This document shows, in pieces, positions 56,297 through 64,000 of a stretch of DNA of 64,000 nt. Every line of letters starts with the position of its first letter. Position 1 is the stretch's first letter. The translations under genes and the position numbers were made by a program. Below the pieces are notes generated by a model. That model saw only the letters and a list, made by a program, of their open reading frames with translations. It searched no databases and was not told the DNA's origin. This DNA is from Octopus vulgaris (lineage: Eukaryota): the NCBI GenBank assembly GCA_951406725.2, contig OX597830.1, positions 23,746,001 through 23,810,000 of the forward strand. Direction: 5' to 3'.

Positions 56297-56413
56297 TTAC
56301 TGAGTTTTATTTAAGGGCTTCTTGCCAATAGAGAAAAAACTGGTTTCTAACCTAGATCCAAGACTCCTTCATTGAAATTTCGACAACAACAACAGGGTAC
56401 TTTTGTATGTATG

Positions 56414-56445
<32 letters not shown>

Positions 56446-57032
56446 TGTATGTATGTATGTATGTATGCATGCATGTATGTGTGTACGTATGTAATTATTC
56501 AGTTTATTTCAAGACTTCTTGTCAATAGAGAAAGAACCGGTTTCTAACCTAGATTCAACGTTCCGACATTGGAATTTCAGCATCAACAGCAGTTTGTTAG
56601 TATGTATGTACATATTTGTATGTTTTATGCATGTATTCTCATGCATATAGCTACATATCTAGACATGCTCATATATATTTAAAGGATTAACTTTTGGAAA
56701 GTTTTACAGATTTTTATAGTTCCAGTGATGGATCGGATATGTATGTATGTAGTGTGCAGATTTGTATACATTGTTTTATGCAAATATATATATATATATA
56801 CATACATATAGTTGCATTTCTAGAAATGCTCATATGTACTTAAATGAAAAACATCTGGAAAGTTCCTGTGATGGATTGGATCTGTAGTCTTCGAATCAGC
56901 TTTCTCGTTTCTCAAGATTGGTATTTAGGCAGTGTGTCACATATCCCAATGCCCCAATAATTACAAGTATAAACCAGAACTTGTAATCTGGATAGAGTAA
57001 TTGCAAATTTCTCACTAGTTCAGCATAGGTAT
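56297..57032 (-). mobile_element. Stack of R4/Dong-like 3' fragments in (TATG)n, including the endonuclease-domain C-terminus
   Basis: Minus strand TYAELVRNLQLLYPDYKFWFILVIIGALGYVTHCLNTNLEK. Confidence 0.78.
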
Positions 57033-57189
57033 ATTATGTATGTAGGTATGTATTAATATATGTATGTATGTGTGTATGTGTATGTGTATGTATGTGTGTG
57101 CATGTGTTTATGTGTATGTAAAACTTGTCTGTGTACGTGTGGGAAAATATATGTTATTTTATCGTTTTTATTTTAGAGAAGGTACAATG

Positions 57190-57501
57190 CCTTTAGCCAT
57201 CGCAAATCTACCTAGAAGTTGCAGTATTGTTGTGCTTAGAATTCCTCTTCAACAATTGCAAACGTGGAAGCTTTTTCTGCGATGCTACAGCTTGAAGAAC
57301 CATAATGAAATCGAAAATCCAATGAGTGGACACTACGCATCTAGGGGTAACAGCCAGGAACTGATGCAGCTTACCAGCACGAAAATTGTCATGGATGCTC
57401 AGGAAGGGTTGGTGTCGCTTCACAACAAAAGGATTGTTCCCACGTGGCATTAATCTTTGGCGAGAAAAAATATGTTGGATACTTTTTGAATGCACCTCGT
57501 A
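57190..57501 (+). mobile_element. Mariner 3' remnant with one TIR
   Basis: GGATACTTTTTGAATGCACCTCGTA is a mariner-like TIR plus TA; the upstream coding trace is weak. Confidence 0.45.
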
Positions 57502-58170
57502 TGAATGTAAAAAAAATTATCATCAATGTGTATGCATTTTTGTGATTTTATATGCATGTCTGTAAGAGTGTTTGTGTATGTGTATGCGTGTATGTGTGTG
57601 TGTGTGCTTGTATGTATGCGGGCGTGAACGTACGTGTTTAAAGAGCAGAGATTCCACTGATAGTTCGTAACTGTATTCAGAGATGTACATCTATTTAAAC
57701 AGTTATCCATATAATTACGTAATCATATATAAATCATATATAATTAATTAATTTGAATATGATGAACAAACCGCTACATTAGGAAATAAAATCTGATTTT
57801 AATATTTCTCATTTATTTCCTGATGAAATGGTATATTCATCTCATTCAAATTAATTACGTAAATATATAAATGATCATGAGTGCATATCAACCACAGGAA
57901 ACAACTGCAGGACTTCGAATGAAATAAATAAACCTCAATGAAAATATTCTTAATATTTTGTTCTGAACATTCCTTTTCAGCCAATTTATCTATATGCAAT
58001 CTCATTGCATTTATAGTTACTGCATTGAAGTAATAACTTATTGGAGTTTAACGACATGTTAAAAATTGTGCTCTTAAATTCAATGAATATGTTTTTATAG
58101 TCCTTACGCAATATAAAAATTCAGTATATTAAATATACGCTCACACATATATGTGTGTTTGTATGTGTAC

Positions 58171-58202
<32 letters not shown>

Positions 58203-58869
58203 GTTTGTGTGTATGTGTGTATGTATGTATGTGTCCGTGTGTGTATTGGTAGATAGATACGTTCATGCATACTTAGATACACTTATACATTTGGTTCCAT
58301 ATAATGATAGAGTATATTACGCACGGTGAGTCAAGTAATACCTTTAATATAATGTTTAGGATGATATGTGTTTAAAGTTTTCTCTTCAAGAACTCACGAA
58401 TTAATGGTCGTAATCCCTCATTTTATTGTGTAACAACGTTTAAGCAAGTATACAAGTGTTCTTCCTCACACTATAAAGAGCTCCAACTGTGGTATTCACC
58501 CCAAGGTAATCTTAATGCAGAAACCCCTAGTTATCTCTGTAAGAACCCCTCAAAACACTCAATGAAGGATCTGCTTTTAGTTAGATTAAATGTCAGTATC
58601 AATAACACCGAGTTTCCAGTTGGCAACATTTAACTCCAATGAAGTGAAACCAAAGAGTAAATCTAAATATAAGTATATAATCATTGACTAATGTAATCCT
58701 AGATACACTATGCTGAAAAATAACAGCAAAGCCATAGCTGAAGTGCTTTCAACATAGTCTTACTGGATACTTTATCTGGTGTTACAGTCAACTACAACTG
58801 TAGCTTTCCGTATGGGAGGTGAACAAAACTAAAGAAACACAACATAAGCTCAGTGAAATTCTAGCCTCT

Positions 58870-60570
58870 GAACCCTAACTACCGACATCAAACTACTTCT
58901 TTTGAAGGTCAGCCTACATCCCTTACTTACACATCAACCTTCAATCGTTAGCCTACATTCACCCAGTTTCAGTCTTAAATTACCAACCTCTAGTCTTCAC
59001 TTCCAACCATTAACCATCAATTTCCAACCCATAGCTTCCAATCGCCAACATTCAATTATTTCCAACCTCCAGTATCAAACAGCTGATCTCTAACAGCCAT
59101 CCTCCGATTGCCAACCATCATCTTTCAACTGTTAAACCTAAACATCAAACTTCTAACGTTAGCTTCTGTCTTTCAACCGCTAACCTCTAGCCTCCAATTG
59201 TCAAACTTTGATTCCGAGATGTCAATTTCTAACTGCAAACTGTTAACCTCCAGCATCCATCCGCCAGCATCCAACTTCCAACATTAAACTACGACTTTCT
59301 AACCACAAATCACCAAACGTCCGCATCCAACCTCCAACCTCCAGCATCCATCCGCCAGCATCAAACTTCCAACATTAAATTACGACTTTCTAACCACAAA
59401 TCACCAAACGTCCGCATCCAACCTCCAACCTCCAGCATCCATCCGCCAGCATCCAACTTCCAACATTAAATTACGACTTTCTAACCACAAATCCCCAACC
59501 GTCCGCATCCAACCTCCAACCTCCAGCACCCAATATTCGGTCACCAATTTCCAAGCTCCAACCTCCAGCTTCCTGTTTTCAGCCTTCAATCGTCAGTATC
59601 TAACCATCAGCATCCAACCGCCAGTTTCTGAATATATCCATCTCACGTCCAATCTCCTACCTTGAATTTTTAACCTCTAGCCTCCAAACGAAAGTCTACA
59701 ATCTCCCGTTGTCAATATCAAACATCTGAGCGCTGACCTCCAACTTCTTTCAGCTCACATCTATCAACTTCCAACACCCAACGTCGAACCTTTTCCCTTC
59801 AAACATCCAAACTGCAACCTCCAACACACATCCTCCAGCATACAATATTCTAACCTCCAGCCTCTACCATTCAACTATCAACATACAACAGCCGACCTAA
59901 CTTTTACCCTCAAAGCGCTCTATCTCCTACGTCCTTCCTAATTTCCAATCTCCAATTACCAACATTCAACCATCAACAAACTGCTTATACCACAAATTTT
60001 ATCCTCCAAACCTCCAATATACAACACACGAATTCTAAGACCCCTAATCCCCGACCGTCAACACTCAAAAATTAACAGCTAACTGTCAAACTCCTAACAT
60101 CATTCTCCAAATCTCCAGGCGCCAACCTCCAACGCGCAACCTTTAAAATCTCCGACCTCCAAACTCCAACCTCCAGCCGCTATCTTTTAGCCTCCACCCA
60201 GCAACATGCAACCATTAAAATCTCCGACCTCCAAACTCCAACCTCCAGCCGCTATCTTTTAGCCTCCACCCAGCAACATGCAACCATTAAAATCTCCGAC
60301 CTCCAAACTCCAACCTCCAGCCGCTATCTTTTAGCCTCCACCCAGCAACATGCAACCATTAAAATCTCCGACCTCCAAACTCCAACCTCCAGCCGCTATC
60401 TTTTAGCCTCCACCCTCCAACATGCAACCATTAAAAAATTCCGACCTCCAGCCTTCAGCCACCAACATACATCTTTCAACATCAAACTAACAACTACCAG
60501 CCTGTATCTTCCAAAACTCCAGCCACGACAACCACACCCAAATCCCACAACTTCAAACCACCATGCCTCC
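58870..60570. repeat. C/A-rich degenerate heptamer (CCAACCT/CCAGCCT) region with 91-bp x3 (59245-59528) and 72-bp x4 (60136-60450) minisatellites
   Basis: Periods read directly from the sequence. Confidence 0.9.
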
Positions 60571-60843
60571 ATTTACTCAGCGCTATCTACAAACTTTTTC
60601 TTACATATAATACACAAAGGATAGAGCGAACCATAGAAATAATTATTACCATATTTCGTAATGTGTGTCAGTTACCTTGAATATTTCATGATTTATATAT
60701 TTATTCATCCTCCATCATATCTAAATATAATAACACACAGTTATATTGCTAGATATAATGATGTTTATAATTTCCAGTATATATGCATAAAACTAGGCTC
60801 GATAAAATACATAATATCTACATATCTACATATATATACCTAC

Positions 60844-60963
<120 letters not shown>

Positions 60964-61095
60964 TTGTATGCACTCTAACGCATAAATACATATACTTACT
61001 TATACACACATCGTACATACATGCGCACATAACTATGCAATCATACACACATACATGCGCAGCATTCAGGATTCTGAGTCCGATTATGTATGCAT

Positions 61096-61154
<59 letters not shown>

Positions 61155-61310
61155 GTATGTTGATGTATGGGCGCATGCGTACGAGTACTTATGCATATTA
61201 TACGATTCTATACATGCATACATACATATATATAAATATATATATATATTTATACATATATACATATACATACATACATACATGCATACATACATACATA
61301 CATACATACA

Positions 61311-61344
<34 letters not shown>

Positions 61345-61573
61345 CATACATGCATATATACATACATACATATATATATACATACATACATACATACATA
61401 CATACATACATACATACATACATACATACAATATATATGCGTCTAAGTTTAGCTTACATAATACTCTTGTCCATTTTTGCTAATATAAATAAATATGTAA
61501 AAACCCCAAACAGTTTATGCACCTACCTGAATTCGTCTTGGAAAGACAGATCATTGCTCATACACATACTAAC

Positions 61574-61626
<53 letters not shown>

Positions 61627-63024
61627 TATATATATGCGTGTGTATATATATATATATACATATATGTATATATGAATGTATGTATGTACATCCATCTATC
61701 CATCGTCGTACACATATACCCACCTAACCTGAACGTTGTGTGAAGTCTTTAATAATGATTTCATAAGAACACAAATGCCAAGCTAGGAATATTTCAGGAT
61801 ATCTTTGATTGCTTTTCAATGAAATGTCATAAAAATTCCGATTGCCATTTGTGTAGGATGATTAAATATTCAACAGATTTACTTTACCAGGCTGATAGCA
61901 TCGATATAAGCATGTTAACACTGCGTGCGTTTGTGTGTGCGCGTGTGTGTGTGTGTATGAGTTGTGTGTGTTGTGTGTGTGTCTGTGTTATCTATTTGTG
62001 TTTGTTCTCATCTGTATTCATCTGTATATTCTATGTGTTGTGTCTGTGTGTATAAGCGTATTTTTGTGTTTATACCAAGATATATATGCTTATACTAAGA
62101 TATATATGTATATATATATATATATGTAGTTATGTCTACACAGACACATACACATATACATAAATATATACACATATCAATTTACGCATATATATATATA
62201 TATATACACACATATGTAGGTATGTATATCTATCTATTTATCTATCTATATTCATATACTCATGTATGTATTTTTCAATACACACACACACATATACACT
62301 AAGATATAACTAAAGTGTATGTATATATATATATATATATATACATACATACATATATATATGTATATACATACATACATATATATATGTAAATATATAT
62401 TATGTAAGTGTATATATATATATTTATCATATATAGTGTATATATATGCATATGTACATAGGCATGCACATACACATATTTATAATATAATATAGTGATC
62501 GATAGAAAGATATACGCAGGCATAGATATACACATATAAGTACTCATACACGTATATGCATACATTTGTGATACACACGCACATACATACACTCACATGT
62601 TCACTCACAAAGCATTGAAAACATGACTAAACTAATTTTATTAATATTCTGTCAACTTGTTCTTACTATCGAATACTAATATTATTGCATTATGGAAGTT
62701 GGTGAAGATGATGTAGAGGTTGCAGATGACGGAAATTGCTAAGTCGTGGAATCAACGTACTGCGGCTATTTATTTTCACCTCGACAGTTACCGGGTTCGA
62801 ATCAGATTACCGCCGAGTTAACAAATTGATTTTTTTTTCTTTTCTCTTTGTCTTATCTTTTTCTCTTTTTTTTATTTTGCATTACAATGCAAGTATTAAA
62901 AGAAAAGTATTAATTTTATCCACATCCATTAATCAGCATGTTCGTTACTTACCGTGATCGAATCCCGCTACCGTCAACTTGAGCTGTTCTTTTTCTTTGT
63001 GTATTGTAAGTGTTAAACGTTTCT

Positions 63025-63446
63025 GCTCTAGGCACAAGCCCCAAATTTTTGGGGAGGGGGCCAATCGATTAGATCGACTCCAGTACGCAACTGGTACTTA
63101 ATTTATCGACCCGAAATGATAAAAGGTAAGGTCGACTTCAGCGGAATTTGAACTCAGAACGTAAAGACAGACGAAATACTGCTAAGCATTCCCCCCGGCG
63201 TGCTAACGTTTCTTATTTCTTTATTGCCCACAAGGAGCTAAACATAGAGGGGACAAACAAGGACAGACAAAAGGATTAAGTTGATTATATCGACCCCAGT
63301 GATTAACTAGTACTTATTTAATCGACCCCGAAAGGATGAAAGGTAAAGTCGACCTCAGCGGAATTTGAACTCAGTACGTAGCGGCAGACGAAATATTGCT
63401 AAGCATTTCGTCCTGCGTGCTAACGATCCTGCCAGCTCGCCGCCTT
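63025..63446 (-). mobile_element. SINE family N dimer with alternative junction
   Basis: Minus strand AAAGAAATA|AGAAACGTTAGCACG at ~63212. Confidence 0.85.
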
Positions 63447-63624
63447 CATTGGAAGAATTAAAGAAATTACCACTTTTAACCACATCCAGCTATCAGCATC
63501 TTCGTCCGTTACCGAATTCGAATCCCGCTAGCATCGACTTCAGCAACAACACAGAGGGGGACACTACAAGGACGGACACAACACTACCACGGGGACATAA
63601 AACATAAAACGAATGAGAATGAAA

Positions 63625-64000
63625 TCTTTATATATAAAAGAGAAGTTGTGTGTCTGTCTCCTACGATTTAGATTCCAAACTACTCCCACATTTTGCGGTG
63701 CAGTTTAACCAAAACCGGGTATCTTATAGTCGTGATTCATATCGAGCCCTTCTGGGTATTAGCGCGCGTCTACGATGAGTTTACGATTTTAAAAAAAATT
63801 ACCATCATTTTTTTCCATTTTAATGCATTTTTTCGCTATTATATAAGGGAGGTAACTCTCTAAAAATGTCTACGATGAGTCAACGATTTAAAAGAAAATT
63901 TACCATAATTTTTTTTCCATTTTTAATGCATTTTTTTGCTATTTTTTTGGCTATAACTCTCTAAAAATGCTTATATAGTTATTTCCCTTACAAACCCGAG
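63625..64000 (+). mobile_element. Non-autonomous Helitron, runs off the window end; internal ~100-bp duplication
   Basis: A|TCTTTATATATAAAAG start; homologous to 29709-30224; ends ..CAAACCCGAG. Confidence 0.85.

Noticed and set aside
59245-60450. CRISPR-like regular repeats
   Set aside because: Units are contiguous with no unique spacers; eukaryotic minisatellites.

Overview
AT-rich, microsatellite-saturated eukaryotic non-coding DNA. The SINE set and repeat landscape suggest an Octopus/cephalopod genome (inference). No intact protein-coding gene is present, and almost all ORFs in the track are microsatellite artefacts. The window is a mosaic of tRNA-derived SINEs (four families), decayed mariner and DD37D transposons, Helitron remnants, and LINE fragments (Tx1/L1, R4/Dong, RTE). 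A candidate CRE+TATA promoter with a short first exon lies near 10.5 kb. The most notable signal is a set of non-coding, (TA)n-anchored, Penelope-like elements carrying hammerhead-ribozyme motifs. Some are minimal type I variants. In three unrelated families the three hammerhead strands occur in a non-circularly permuted (pseudoknotted) order, with compensatory base changes in stem I. Each major microsatellite class, (TA)n, (CATA)n and (TATC)n, also appears to host its own specialist retroelement. All calls were made by eye; element ends without TSDs or TIRs are approximate.
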